64,000 nucleotides of DNA from Candidatus Sysuimicrobiota bacterium (GTDB lineage: Bacteria; Sysuimicrobiota; Sysuimicrobiia; Sysuimicrobiales; Sysuimicrobiaceae): contig PSLI01000004.1 in the NCBI GenBank assembly GCA_040289515.1, forward strand, positions 11,111-75,110. The letters are read 5' to 3'. Below the pieces are notes generated by a model that was not told the origin of the DNA, searched no databases, and saw only the letters and a program-made list of their open reading frames with translations. This document shows, in pieces, positions 49,083 through 58,307 of this stretch; within the stretch, counting starts at the first letter, position 1, and each line of letters opens with the position of its first letter. A program made the position numbers and the translations under genes.

Positions 49083-50207
49083 GTGGTGCGCGGGAGGTTG
49101 TGGTGGACGACACTGGCGTTGGCAGCGGTGCTGCTGACCGCGTGCGGCCAGCGTGCCTCCCCGGTCACGGTGCGGGTAGGGGTGGTGCTGCCCCTTACCA
49201 GCGGGGTGGCCTCGGCGGCCGGCAGCGCTCTGCGGGGCGCGCAGATGGCCGCGGACGACGTGAACGGGGAGCGCGCGGTGCGGCTCGTGCTGGTGACGCA
49301 CGACGACGGCGGCTCCCCTCAGAAGGCCATCGAGCTGTTCCAGCAGCTGAGCTCCGACGCGAGAGTGGCGGCGGTTGTGGGTGCCTTCACGGACGCGGTA
49401 GCCGTCCAGCTTTCCGCGGTGGCCGCGGCGCTCCAGACGCCCCTGGTGAGCCCCGGGGCCACGGGCCCGGTTCCGTTCTCCGGCCAGTACTTCTTCCGGA
49501 CCGCGCTGCCGTCCTCCGTGCAGGGCAAGGCGCTGGCCGAGTATGCCCTGGCGAAGGCCCTGCGACGGGCCTCGGTGGTGCAGGACCGCAACGAGTATGG
49601 GACCGCGGTGGCAGAGGGGTTCGCCCAAGCCCTGCGGGCTGGGGGCGGGGAGGTGCTCAGCCAGCACGTGTTCGCGGACGGGACGCGGGACTTCACCGAG
49701 GTGGTACGGTCCCTGCGCCGGGAGCAGCCGCAGATGGTGCTGTTTGCGGGTTACCCCGACGAGGGGGCGACTTTCCTCCGGCAGATGGCGGACTCTGGTC
49801 TGAGCGTGCCCCTGCTGGTGCCGGACTCCTTCGCCAATGAGGAGGCCGCTTCCCTTCTGTCGGGCAAAGGGGCGGTGGTGGCGTCCGTGTTCTTCGCCGA
49901 AAGTCCGTTTCCCCGGGTGCGCAGCTTCGTGCGGGAGTTCCGCACCCGCTACGGCCGGCAGCCAGATGCCTTCGCAGCCCAGGCCTACGACGCCGTACGG
50001 GTGGTGGCCCTGGCGGCCAAGCGCCTGGGTGCTTCCGTGTACCGCGCGCCGGACAGCATCGAACGTCCCACGCTCCGGGACGCCCTGGCATCCACGCGGG
50101 ATTACCCCGGGGTCACAGGCACCATCACTTTCGACCGCCTGGGCAACCCCGCCCGGGACGTGCAGCTCCTGCGGGTGGACGGGGGTAAGCTGGTGCTCCT
50201 CCCGTAG
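49083..50207 (+). CDS. ABC-transporter substrate-binding lipoprotein, branched-chain amino acid (LivK/PBP1) type
   Basis: Lipobox LLTACGQ and a type-1 periplasmic binding fold. No cognate permease or ATPase is adjacent. Confidence 0.75.
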   Translation: MVRGRLWWTTLALAAVLLTACGQRASPVTVRVGVVLPLTSGVASAAGSALRGAQMAADDVNGERAVRLVLVTHDDGGSPQKAIELFQQLSSDARVAAVVGAFTDAVAVQLSAVAAALQTPLVSPGATGPVPFSGQYFFRTALPSSVQGKALAEYALAKALRRASVVQDRNEYGTAVAEGFAQALRAGGGEVLSQHVFADGTRDFTEVVRSLRREQPQMVLFAGYPDEGATFLRQMADSGLSVPLLVPDSFANEEAASLLSGKGAVVASVFFAESPFPRVRSFVREFRTRYGRQPDAFAAQAYDAVRVVALAAKRLGASVYRAPDSIERPTLRDALASTRDYPGVTGTITFDRLGNPARDVQLLRVDGGKLVLLP

Positions 50208-50348
50208 GCCCGGGTTGGTCCGGACGTTGCTCTGAAGAGTTTTCGAAAGATCTGTGGACGTTGCGGGAAGGATGCGAAGCGGCCGGAGTAGAACCGGTTA
50301 ACCCACGCGGGTCGGCTCCACGGCCGACCGAATCCACGGGCGGGAGGG

Positions 50349-51341
50349 ATGGACCTGAGGCGCTGGGCTCATTGGGTTGCAGCGGTGGTGGGGCTGGCGG
50401 TGGTGGCCTCCGGGGCGGCCACCGCGCAGCCCCGGCGGTTCGTGAACGTGGCCACGGGGGGTACCGCGGGGGTGTACTTCCCCCTGGGCAGCGCCCTCGC
50501 CAGGCTGTGGACCGAGCGCATCCCGGGCCTGCAGGCCACCGCGCAGGCCACGGGTGCCTCCGTGGCCAACGTGCGACTGCTGCAGCGGGGCGAGGTGGAG
50601 GTGGCCTTCGCGCAGAACGACATCGTGTTCTATGCCTTCCACGGTGTGGAGATGTTCAGCCGTGACCCGCAGACCCGCCTGCGGAGCATGGCCATGCTCT
50701 ACCCGGAGACGGTGCAGATCGTCACCCTGCGCCAGAAAAACATCAAATCCGTGGCGGATCTGGCTGGCAAGCGGGTGGCGGTGGGCGCACCCGGGAGCGG
50801 CACCGAGGTGAACGCGCGCCAGATCCTGCGCCTGTACGACATCGGGTATGCCCAGACGCGCCAAACTCACGGCCTACCCCGCACTGTGCAGGCAGACTTC
50901 CTCAGCTTTGCGGAGGCCGCGGACCAGCTCAAGGATGGGATCATCGACGCGGCTTTCCTGACCGCGGGGGTGCCCACCGCGGCCGTGCAGGACATCGCCG
51001 CCGCCCGGGACCTGCAGCTGGTGCCCATCCCTGAGGCCGCGGCCGCCCGTCTGCGGGAGCGCTACCCGTACTACGCGCCCGTGGTCATCCCCGCCAACAC
51101 CTACCGCGGGCAGCCGGAGCGGGTACCCACGGTGGCCGTCATGGCCATGCTGGTCACGCGGTCCGACCTGCCGGAGGATCTCGTTTACGACCTCACCCGG
51201 ACCCTTTGGGAGAACGTCACGGTGCTCCACCAGGCGCACGCCCGCGGGCGGGACATCCGGCTGCAGAGCGCGCGCACTGGCATGCCCATCCCCCTGCACG
51301 CGGGCGCCTTGCGCTACTACCGGGAGCGGGGGGTGCTCTGA
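50349..51341 (+). CDS. TAXI-family TRAP-transporter solute receptor
   Basis: FVNVATGGTAGVYFPLG and the TAXI fold. Signal peptide. No TRAP membrane component follows. Confidence 0.75.
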   Translation: MDLRRWAHWVAAVVGLAVVASGAATAQPRRFVNVATGGTAGVYFPLGSALARLWTERIPGLQATAQATGASVANVRLLQRGEVEVAFAQNDIVFYAFHGVEMFSRDPQTRLRSMAMLYPETVQIVTLRQKNIKSVADLAGKRVAVGAPGSGTEVNARQILRLYDIGYAQTRQTHGLPRTVQADFLSFAEAADQLKDGIIDAAFLTAGVPTAAVQDIAAARDLQLVPIPEAAAARLRERYPYYAPVVIPANTYRGQPERVPTVAVMAMLVTRSDLPEDLVYDLTRTLWENVTVLHQAHARGRDIRLQSARTGMPIPLHAGALRYYRERGVL

Positions 51342-51403
51342 GGCGGGTGGGGGTGAAGGGGAAGACGAGCCGTCCACCGCAGGTGGGGAGCGCTGACGGG
51401 AAG

Positions 51404-51598
51404 GTGCCCGTGTACCCCATCCGAACCGTGGCGCAGCTGACGGCTTTTTCACCGCCCCGTACGCGGGGCGGGCACCGGCTGTTCAGCCAGGAGGATGTGG
51501 AGCGGCTGCTGTGGATCAAGCGGATGGTGCAGGAGCGGGGACTGAGCCTGCAGGGTGTGAAGCGCCTGCTGGAAGCGGGCCCCCGCCGGCGGCGGTGA
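51404..51598 (+). CDS. Short MerR-family (HspR-like) HTH protein
   Basis: VYPIRTVAQLTAF...GGHRLFSQEDVERLLWIKRMVQERGLSLQGVKRLLE. Start uncertain (GTG 51347, 51353 or 51404). Confidence 0.5.
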   Translation: MPVYPIRTVAQLTAFSPPRTRGGHRLFSQEDVERLLWIKRMVQERGLSLQGVKRLLEAGPRRRR

Positions 51599-52452
51599 GC
51601 GAGGTGGCGCAGCCGGGTGCTGGCACGTGGGAGGCGGAAGCCCTGGTGGCCGAGGCCGGGGAGGCTCCCGCGGTGTACCGGGGTTTATCGACCGAGTACA
51701 CGGACGTGGGCCGCCTGGTAGACTACCTGGGCGACCGGCTGTTCTCAGGGGTCGTGCGGGTGACCCTCCCGGGCCGGGAAGCGCACGTGGTGCTGTTTCG
51801 GGGCAAGCCGCAGGCCGTCCGTTATCTGGTGGAGGGGAGGACCCTGGAAGCAGAGCAGGCCGTCCGGGCTCTGCTGGCGGACAGCCGGTGGATGGACGGT
51901 GAGGTGTGGGTGCACCCCCTGCCGGAGGAGCTGTTCCCTGAGGAGTGGGAGGACCGAGAGCCCCTGGCGTGGGAGTCCGCACAGGTCGCGCGCTTGACCC
52001 AGCGGGAAGAAGACGGCCCGCAACCCGCCCCGGAAAGCGCGGCCGCGGAAGGCCCGCTGCTGGTTTTGTCGGGCCTACAGCCGCAGCCTTCCGCGAAGGG
52101 GGCCCCGCGCGAGCCGAAGCCCGAGCCCGAGGCCACGGTGGACGTGGTGGCATGGGTGCGGTTGCTGGAGGGCCTGGTGGCGCGGTTCAAGCGGTACCGG
52201 GGACCGACCGCCGCCGGCCGGCTGGAGGCCGAAGTGAACGTGGCCCTGCACGGCAGCGGGCTGAGGTTGCACCGGGGGCGCGTGGAGGGCCAGGCCCTTG
52301 ACCCCCAGGTCCTGTCGGCGGCCGTCGTGCGGGCCGTGGGGCTCCTCAAGGGAATGGCGGGGCAAGCCTTCGCGGAGCACAGCGTGAGCGGAGTCGCCCG
52401 CGAGGCAGGCATCCGCGACGAGGCCCCTCTCAAACGCCTGCTGGAGCTGTAA
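51595..52452 (+). CDS. Hypothetical protein
   Basis: 285-aa ORF with coding composition. GTG overlaps the MerR-like stop. Confidence 0.4.
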   Translation: MSEVAQPGAGTWEAEALVAEAGEAPAVYRGLSTEYTDVGRLVDYLGDRLFSGVVRVTLPGREAHVVLFRGKPQAVRYLVEGRTLEAEQAVRALLADSRWMDGEVWVHPLPEELFPEEWEDREPLAWESAQVARLTQREEDGPQPAPESAAAEGPLLVLSGLQPQPSAKGAPREPKPEPEATVDVVAWVRLLEGLVARFKRYRGPTAAGRLEAEVNVALHGSGLRLHRGRVEGQALDPQVLSAAVVRAVGLLKGMAGQAFAEHSVSGVAREAGIRDEAPLKRLLEL

Positions 52453-52463
52453 GGAGGTCGCGG

Positions 52464-53237
52464 GTGCGACAGGTGGCATGGCTGGCGTTGTCGGTGCTGG
52501 TACTGGTCGCGGTGGCCGCGGTGGTGGTGCTGCAGCGGCCCGTCCGGGCGGCGGAAGTGCAGCGGCAGCACACCCTGGTCAGTGCGGGGCTAGTTTTGTT
52601 CCCGCTTCTGGCAGGGGGAGCGGGTTTTGCGGCCGCGCTCAGCTACCGGCCCAAGGACCGGGAGCGGGCAGTGTGGACCAGCTTGGGAGCCGCCTGCGTT
52701 CTATGGGGAACCGGACGGGCGGTGTTCTGGTACGAGCAGGCGGTGGGGCAGGCGCCCAGCTTCCCGTCCGCGGCGGAGCTGCTCACCGCGGGGTTCTTCG
52801 TGTTGGGTCTTTGGGCCGTCTATCAGGAGTACCGCGCTGTGCGGGAGCTGGTGGGGCCCGCCCAGCGGGCGGCCATAGTGGCGGTGGTGTTGGCAACCCT
52901 GGTGGCCGGCTACGCCCTGTTTTTGCGGCCGGTGGTGACCGCCGCGCCCTGGGGGCTCAAGGAGGGAACAAGCCTGGCCTTGTCCGTGGCCGGCCTCGCC
53001 ATGATTCCCTTGGCCACCGCACCGGTTCTGGCCTTCCTCGGCGGGCTGGAGGGCTACGTGTGGGGACTGATCTCCGCCTCCCTGATCTGCATCTCCGTGG
53101 CCGTGATGTGGTACAGCAACGCGGTGTTCTTTGACACCTGGTTTGCGGGCCACCGCAGCAACCTGCTGCAGATGGTCGGGTTCGCCCTGCTGGCGATGGG
53201 ATCCTTCTGGCACCGGGCGCTGATGCGGGAGGGATAG
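52464..53237 (+). CDS. Hypothetical polytopic membrane protein
   Basis: 257 aa, about 7 TM helices. Confidence 0.5.
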   Translation: MRQVAWLALSVLVLVAVAAVVVLQRPVRAAEVQRQHTLVSAGLVLFPLLAGGAGFAAALSYRPKDRERAVWTSLGAACVLWGTGRAVFWYEQAVGQAPSFPSAAELLTAGFFVLGLWAVYQEYRAVRELVGPAQRAAIVAVVLATLVAGYALFLRPVVTAAPWGLKEGTSLALSVAGLAMIPLATAPVLAFLGGLEGYVWGLISASLICISVAVMWYSNAVFFDTWFAGHRSNLLQMVGFALLAMGSFWHRALMREG

Positions 53238-54167
53238 GTGCTCTACCGGCTGCCTGCGGGAGACGTTCGGGAGGAGTGGAGCGCGATTTCCGGGGAACAG
53301 CTGCGTATCCTCGTGGAAGGGCTGCGCGGCCAGGACTTCTGCGGGTACGTGGAGCTGCGCTGGCCCGACTGTGAGGGCGCCTTGATTCTGTCCGGGGAGG
53401 GGCAGGTGTTCGCCGTCTTTCAGGCGGACGCGGTGGACCTGCGGGGGCCCGAGGCCCTCCGTCACATCACCAGCCGCATGGCCCGCGTGCAGCCTCGGGC
53501 GCGGGTGGTCGCCCTGCCGTACACCCTGGGCCCCCTCCTGGGAGCGCTGAGCGAGCTGCAGCCGCTGCATATGGGGTTGCACACCCGTTTCGTGGACCTG
53601 GAGCGGTTGAGTGCCCGCCTGGTGAGGGATGGGCTGTCGGGGCTGATGGTGCTGGAGGGGGATGGTTGGTGGGGGTTTTTGCCCTTCGGGGAAGAGGGGA
53701 ACGGCGCGGTGTACTACGACGGGCGCACGGTGATGGGGGAGGACCGCACCAAGCTCATCGAGAGCCTGGTGGGGTTGGGTGCCCAGGTCGAGGTGTGGGT
53801 CAGGTCCTCCCCGGCAGCACAACCCGTGGAGTTCGAGTGCCCGGCGGAGGTGCAGGAGCACTCCGCGCCCGCCCCGGCGCCGACGCCAGTGGAGCCGGGA
53901 TGGCAAGCGTACAGGGGTTCGGAGACGTTCGTGGCGATCCCAGCCCTGGTTGAGCCTCCGGGCCCCGGCGGAGCCCTGCAGGAGCTCCGGGATCGGTTCG
54001 GGGAGCTGGGCGTGGAACTGGCCCGTCGGCTGGACGGGACCCGCACGCTGGAGGAGGTTCAGACCGAACTCGGCCGATCCTGCGCCGAGTTGGAACCGAT
54101 CTTGCTCTACCTCCAACAGCGGAAGTGGATGGCCCGTTACTTCCGCCGACGGGGGTCGCATCGGTGA
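53238..54167 (+). CDS. Hypothetical protein (possible DUF4388-like N-terminal domain)
   Basis: 309-aa ORF with coding composition and a GTG start. Confidence 0.45.
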   Translation: MLYRLPAGDVREEWSAISGEQLRILVEGLRGQDFCGYVELRWPDCEGALILSGEGQVFAVFQADAVDLRGPEALRHITSRMARVQPRARVVALPYTLGPLLGALSELQPLHMGLHTRFVDLERLSARLVRDGLSGLMVLEGDGWWGFLPFGEEGNGAVYYDGRTVMGEDRTKLIESLVGLGAQVEVWVRSSPAAQPVEFECPAEVQEHSAPAPAPTPVEPGWQAYRGSETFVAIPALVEPPGPGGALQELRDRFGELGVELARRLDGTRTLEEVQTELGRSCAELEPILLYLQQRKWMARYFRRRGSHR

Positions 54168-54922
54168 GGAGGCGTGCGAGTGCAGAGCTACCCGACGAGA
54201 GCGCGGCCGTGGCCTTGTTCCGGCAGTACCGCGCCACGGGCGACCCCGTGCTGCACGCCCGCATCTGCGCCGCCTACGCTCCTCTGGTGCACCGCATCGC
54301 GCGCGCCTACCGGTCCAGCGGCGAGCCCCTGGAGGATCTCCTGCAGGCGGGCTACGTGGGCCTGCTGCTGGCCGTGAGCCGCTTCGACCCGGACCGCGGG
54401 GTGAAGTTCCAGACCTACGCCTCGCACCTCATCGTGGGGGAGATCCGACACTACCTGCGGGACCAGGCGGCGGTGATCCGCCGGCCGCGGTGGCTCGGAA
54501 AGCTCAGCCGGCAGCTGGAGACCACGGTGGAGCGCCTGCAGCGCGCGGCGGGACGCCTGCCCACCGTGGAGGAGATCGCGCAGGCCATGAACATGGCCCC
54601 GGAGGGTGTCCGGGTCATCCTGCAGGCGCGGGCGGCGGCAAACCCCCTCTCTTTAGACGGTACGCAGGAGGGGGTTCGGCACATTCGGCACCTCCGCTAT
54701 GACAGCTTCCAGCTACCCGTGGAGGACCGCATCGCGGTCCAGCAGGCCATGGAGCGGCTGACGGAGTTTCAGCGGAAGGTCCTGTACTTGCTCTTCTACC
54801 AGGACCTGACGGAGACCGAAGCTGCCCGGCGGCTGCGGATCTCCCAGAAGCACGTGTCACGGGTGATGCACAAGGCGTTGCGGCAGATGGCACAGGTCCT
54901 GCGGGGTGCTGTGTGGTCGTAG
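54164..54922 (+). CDS. RNA polymerase sigma factor, group 3 (SigB/F/G family)
   Basis: Regions 2, 3 and 4 present (DLLQAGYVGLLLAVSRFDP, YASHLIVGEIRHYLRD, LTETEAARRLRISQKHVSR). Confidence 0.8.
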   Translation: MRRRASAELPDESAAVALFRQYRATGDPVLHARICAAYAPLVHRIARAYRSSGEPLEDLLQAGYVGLLLAVSRFDPDRGVKFQTYASHLIVGEIRHYLRDQAAVIRRPRWLGKLSRQLETTVERLQRAAGRLPTVEEIAQAMNMAPEGVRVILQARAAANPLSLDGTQEGVRHIRHLRYDSFQLPVEDRIAVQQAMERLTEFQRKVLYLLFYQDLTETEAARRLRISQKHVSRVMHKALRQMAQVLRGAVWS

Positions 54923-54955
54923 CCGCCACACCAGACCGAGGGGGAGGAAGCCAAC

Positions 54956-55309
54956 ATGTCGGACCTGCGGAAGATCCTGGGCGAGCTGACCCAGCTGGAC
55001 GGCGTGAGCGCGGCCCTGGTGGTGGGCCGGGACGGCTTCGTGATCGAGGGCGCGGCCACGGAAGACGTGGACCTGGAGGCCCTGGCGGCGGTCACCGCCA
55101 GCAGCCTTGCAGCCTCCGACGCCCTGTCCGTGGATCTGGGCCGCGGCAGGCTGTTCGGCCTCATGCTGGAATACGAGGGCGGGCCTCTGGTGGTGTCGCC
55201 CGTGGGGCCGGAAGCCATGCTGGTCATCGTGGGCAACGGTACCGCCAACCTGGGCCGCATCCGACTGGAGCTGAAGAAGCGGCAGCAGGCCGTGGCCGAC
55301 GCCCTGTAG
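54956..55309 (+). CDS. Roadblock/LC7-domain protein
   Basis: LDGVSAALVVGRDGFVIE motif. [13 protein letters not shown]. Confidence 0.6.
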   Translation: MSDLRKILGELTQLDGVSAALVVGRDGFVIEGAATEDVDLEALAAVTASSLAASDALSVDLGRGRLFGLMLEYEGGPLVVSPVGPEAMLVIVGNGTANLGRIRLELKKRQQAVADAL

Positions 55310-55323
55310 GCGGGGAGGTCACA

Positions 55324-56046
55324 TTGCACCGCACAGCCTGGCGCGTGGACCTGCCGGGCCTGGCCCCCTACGGGGCCACCTGGCAGCTTCAGCGGGAGCT
55401 CGTGGCGTACCGCCAGCAGGGTCGGACACCCGATGTGCTGCTCCTGGTGGAGCACGCGCCCGTCATCACCTGCGGCCGCGCCACCCGCCCCGAGCACCTC
55501 CGTACGCCCCGCGAGGCCCTCCAGCGGATGGGGTTCGAGGTGCACGACGTGGAGCGGGGCGGCAGCGTGACCTACCACGGCCCCGGCCAGCTGGTGGGCT
55601 ACCCCATCGTGGACCTGCGGGCCTACGGGGAGAACGTGGTGGGGTACGTGCGCCTCCTGGAGGAGTCCGTCATCCGCACCTTGCGGGCTTTCGGGGTGGT
55701 TGGGTCCCGCCGGCCGGGTTTTCCGGGCGTGTGGGTTGGCGGGGAGAAGGTAGCAGCCGTGGGGGTGGCCGTCAAGCGCCGGGTCACCCTGCACGGGTTC
55801 GCCCTCAACGTGAACACCGAGCTGGCTGCCTTCCGGGTGATCAACCCCTGCGGCATCGACTATACCCCCACCTCCCTCCAGCGGATCCTGGGCCGGACCG
55901 TGCCCCTGGACGAGGTCCGCGAGGCCTACGCGGCCGCCTTCGAGGAAGTCTTCGGCCTGCGGCTGGTGCGGGTCGCGCTGGACCAGCTGCCCGCTGTCGG
56001 CATGGGAGCGCCTCCAGCACCTGCCAGCCCCGCGCGCCCCGCGTGA
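55324..56046 (+). CDS. lipB: Octanoyltransferase LipB
   Basis: LLLVEHAPVITCGR, TYHGPGQLVGYP and the catalytic KVAAVG lysine. TTG start. Confidence 0.8.
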   Translation: MHRTAWRVDLPGLAPYGATWQLQRELVAYRQQGRTPDVLLLVEHAPVITCGRATRPEHLRTPREALQRMGFEVHDVERGGSVTYHGPGQLVGYPIVDLRAYGENVVGYVRLLEESVIRTLRAFGVVGSRRPGFPGVWVGGEKVAAVGVAVKRRVTLHGFALNVNTELAAFRVINPCGIDYTPTSLQRILGRTVPLDEVREAYAAAFEEVFGLRLVRVALDQLPAVGMGAPPAPASPARPA

Positions 56047-56112
56047 TAGACTGCTGCGTAGGCGGCGGGTCTGGCAGGCTCGCGGCCGGATGCCACGAGG
56101 AGGTGCGAACCG

Positions 56113-56409
56113 ATGCCCACCGTATACCTGCCCGCGCCCCTGCGGCGGCTCACCGGGGGCGTGTCCCGAGTCCACGTGCCGCCCGGAACCGTGGCGGACG
56201 TACTAAGCGCCCTGGACGAACACTTCCCGGGCATACGGGCGCAACTGTGCGACGAGAACGGTTCCGTGCGGGCCTTCATCAACGTGTTCGTGAACGGCTC
56301 GGAGATCCGGACCCTGCAGGGCCAGCAGACCCCTGTGGGCGAGGAGGACGAGGTGTCCATCGTCCCCGCCATGGCGGGTGGGGGTCCCCGGAGGTGGCTT
56401 TGTCGCTAG
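56113..56409 (+). CDS. cysO: MoaD/ThiS-family sulfur carrier CysO-like, with an 8-aa extension after the Gly-Gly
   Basis: The sequence tracks M. tuberculosis CysO closely, ending ...VSIVPAMAGG. It then continues GPRRWLCR before the stop. Confidence 0.75.
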   Translation: MPTVYLPAPLRRLTGGVSRVHVPPGTVADVLSALDEHFPGIRAQLCDENGSVRAFINVFVNGSEIRTLQGQQTPVGEEDEVSIVPAMAGGGPRRWLCR

Positions 56410-56505
56410 TTCCCCGTCCGGCCGGCCCCCATCGGTAGGTATCCAGCAGGCCCCCGGAGGGCATGCGTGAGTCCGGGTGCGCCGCACCCCTCCCCCGCGG
56501 GCCCG

Positions 56506-57315
56506 ATGGCGCTGCCGGAGCTGCGGTTCTTCCCCACCCCGCAGGTGCTGCCGCACGAGGAGCACGACCCCCAACGGGTGGAACGGTTGGTGCGCCGGCT
56601 GGAGGAGGAGGGGGTACTGCGGAACCCTCCCGTGGTCGCGGAGCTGGGGGACGGACGGGTGGTGGTCTTGGACGGTGCCAACCGGGTGGCGGCCCTGGCC
56701 CGCATGGGAGCACCGCACCTACCGGTGCAGGTCGTCCCCTACCAGGATCCCTCCGTGGTCCTGGACCGGTGGCACCACCTGCTGGTAACAGTACCGGAGG
56801 GGTTTCCGCGAACGCAGGCGGAGGGCCTGGGCCTTCAGCCCAGCGACCCTGAGGTGGCGTCCCGGCGCCTGGCGTCCGGCGACTTGGTGGCATACGTGCG
56901 GGTGGGCGACAGCGCGTACGGCTTGCCCCGGGCGTCCACCTTGGTGGAGGATGCAGAGCGCCTGCGGCAATTGGTACATGCCTACCGGGGCCGGCACCCC
57001 TACCACCGGGTGGACTGTGAGGACCTGGAGGAACTGGCCGCCCGGTACGGGTCGCCCCGGGCCCTGGTGGCGTTCGGGCGGTTTCAGAAGGCGGAGATCC
57101 TGGAGCTGGCTCGCAACGCAGCCAAGCTGCCCGCAGGGGTCACACGCCACGTGGTGCCCGGCCGCGTCCTGCGGCTCAACCTGCCCCTGCTGGTGGCGTT
57201 CCGGCCCGGGTCCCCGGAGGAGAAGGACGCGTGGCTGGCCACGTGGGTGCAGCAGCGGCTGCGGGACGGGCGCGTGCGCTACTACCCGGAGCCCACCATC
57301 CTGTTCGACGAGTGA
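56506..57315 (+). CDS. ParB/sulfiredoxin-fold protein, candidate free L-serine kinase (SerK/SbnI-like)
   Basis: ParB/Srx box VVVLDGANRVAALARMG. Embedded between cysO and cysM. Start approximate (ATG 56506 or GTG 56467). Confidence 0.5.
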   Translation: MALPELRFFPTPQVLPHEEHDPQRVERLVRRLEEEGVLRNPPVVAELGDGRVVVLDGANRVAALARMGAPHLPVQVVPYQDPSVVLDRWHHLLVTVPEGFPRTQAEGLGLQPSDPEVASRRLASGDLVAYVRVGDSAYGLPRASTLVEDAERLRQLVHAYRGRHPYHRVDCEDLEELAARYGSPRALVAFGRFQKAEILELARNAAKLPAGVTRHVVPGRVLRLNLPLLVAFRPGSPEEKDAWLATWVQQRLRDGRVRYYPEPTILFDE

Positions 57316-57338
57316 ACCGGCGAAGGAGCGTGCGGAGC

Positions 57339-58277
57339 GTGGCGTACCGATTCGAGACCAAGACGCCCCGGATCGGCGAGGATGTGCTGCAGCGTATCGG
57401 CAACACGCCCCTGCTGCGCCTGCGGCGGGTGACCCGGGGCTTGCCGGAGGGTGTGGAGGTGTACGTGAAGGCGGAGTGGTTCAACCCCGGGGGGTCCGTG
57501 AAGGACCGGCCCGTGCTGCGCATGATCGAGGACGCGGAACGCGCGGGCCTGGTGACCCCGGACAAGGTGCTGCTGGACTCCACCTCCGGGAATGCGGGCA
57601 TCGCGTACGCCATGATCGGTGCGGTGAAGGGGTACCGGGTGAAGCTGGTGATGCCCGCCAACGCCAGCGAGGAGCGCAAGCGCATGATCCGCGCGTACGG
57701 GGCGGAGCTGGTGTTTAGCGACCCCCTGGAGGGGTCCGACGGTGCCATCCTGCTAGCCCGCCGGATCCAGGAGGAGGACCCCGACCGCTACTACAAGCCC
57801 GACCAGTACAACAACCCGTCGAACTGGAAGGCCCACTACGACACCACCGGGCCGGAGATTTTGGCGCAGACAGACGGCCGCGTCACCCACTTCGTGGGGA
57901 CCCTGGGGACCACGGGGACGGTGGTGGGCGTGGGGCGCCGGCTGCGGGAGGCCAGCCCGGAGGTGGAGATCGTAGCCGTGGAGCCCGACAGCCCCCTGCA
58001 CGGCATCGAGGGGCTGAAGCACATCGCCAGCTCCATCCGGCCGGGGATTTACGACCCCTCCGTCCACCACCGGACGATGGGCGTAAGCACCGAGGTGGCC
58101 TACGCGATGGCGCGGAGGCTGGCACGGGAGGAGGGCCTGTTCGTGGGGGCGTCCACGGGTGCGGCGGTGTGGGCGGCGCTGCAGGTGGCCCGAGACTTGC
58201 GGGAGGGGTTGGTAGTGGCCCTGGGTCCGGACGGGGGGGACCGCTACCTGAGCACCGCCCTGTGGCGGGACGCGTAG
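57339..58277 (+). CDS. cysM: Cysteine synthase, CysM-type (O-phosphoserine sulfhydrylase-like)
   Basis: PLP lysine region GGSVKDRP plus STSGNAGIAYA and GTTGTVVG. Start is one of three in-frame GTGs (57312, 57330, 57339). Confidence 0.85.
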   Translation: MAYRFETKTPRIGEDVLQRIGNTPLLRLRRVTRGLPEGVEVYVKAEWFNPGGSVKDRPVLRMIEDAERAGLVTPDKVLLDSTSGNAGIAYAMIGAVKGYRVKLVMPANASEERKRMIRAYGAELVFSDPLEGSDGAILLARRIQEEDPDRYYKPDQYNNPSNWKAHYDTTGPEILAQTDGRVTHFVGTLGTTGTVVGVGRRLREASPEVEIVAVEPDSPLHGIEGLKHIASSIRPGIYDPSVHHRTMGVSTEVAYAMARRLAREEGLFVGASTGAAVWAALQVARDLREGLVVALGPDGGDRYLSTALWRDA

Positions 58278-58307
58278 GCCCCTGGCGTGTGGTATGTTGC
58301 TAAAGGG

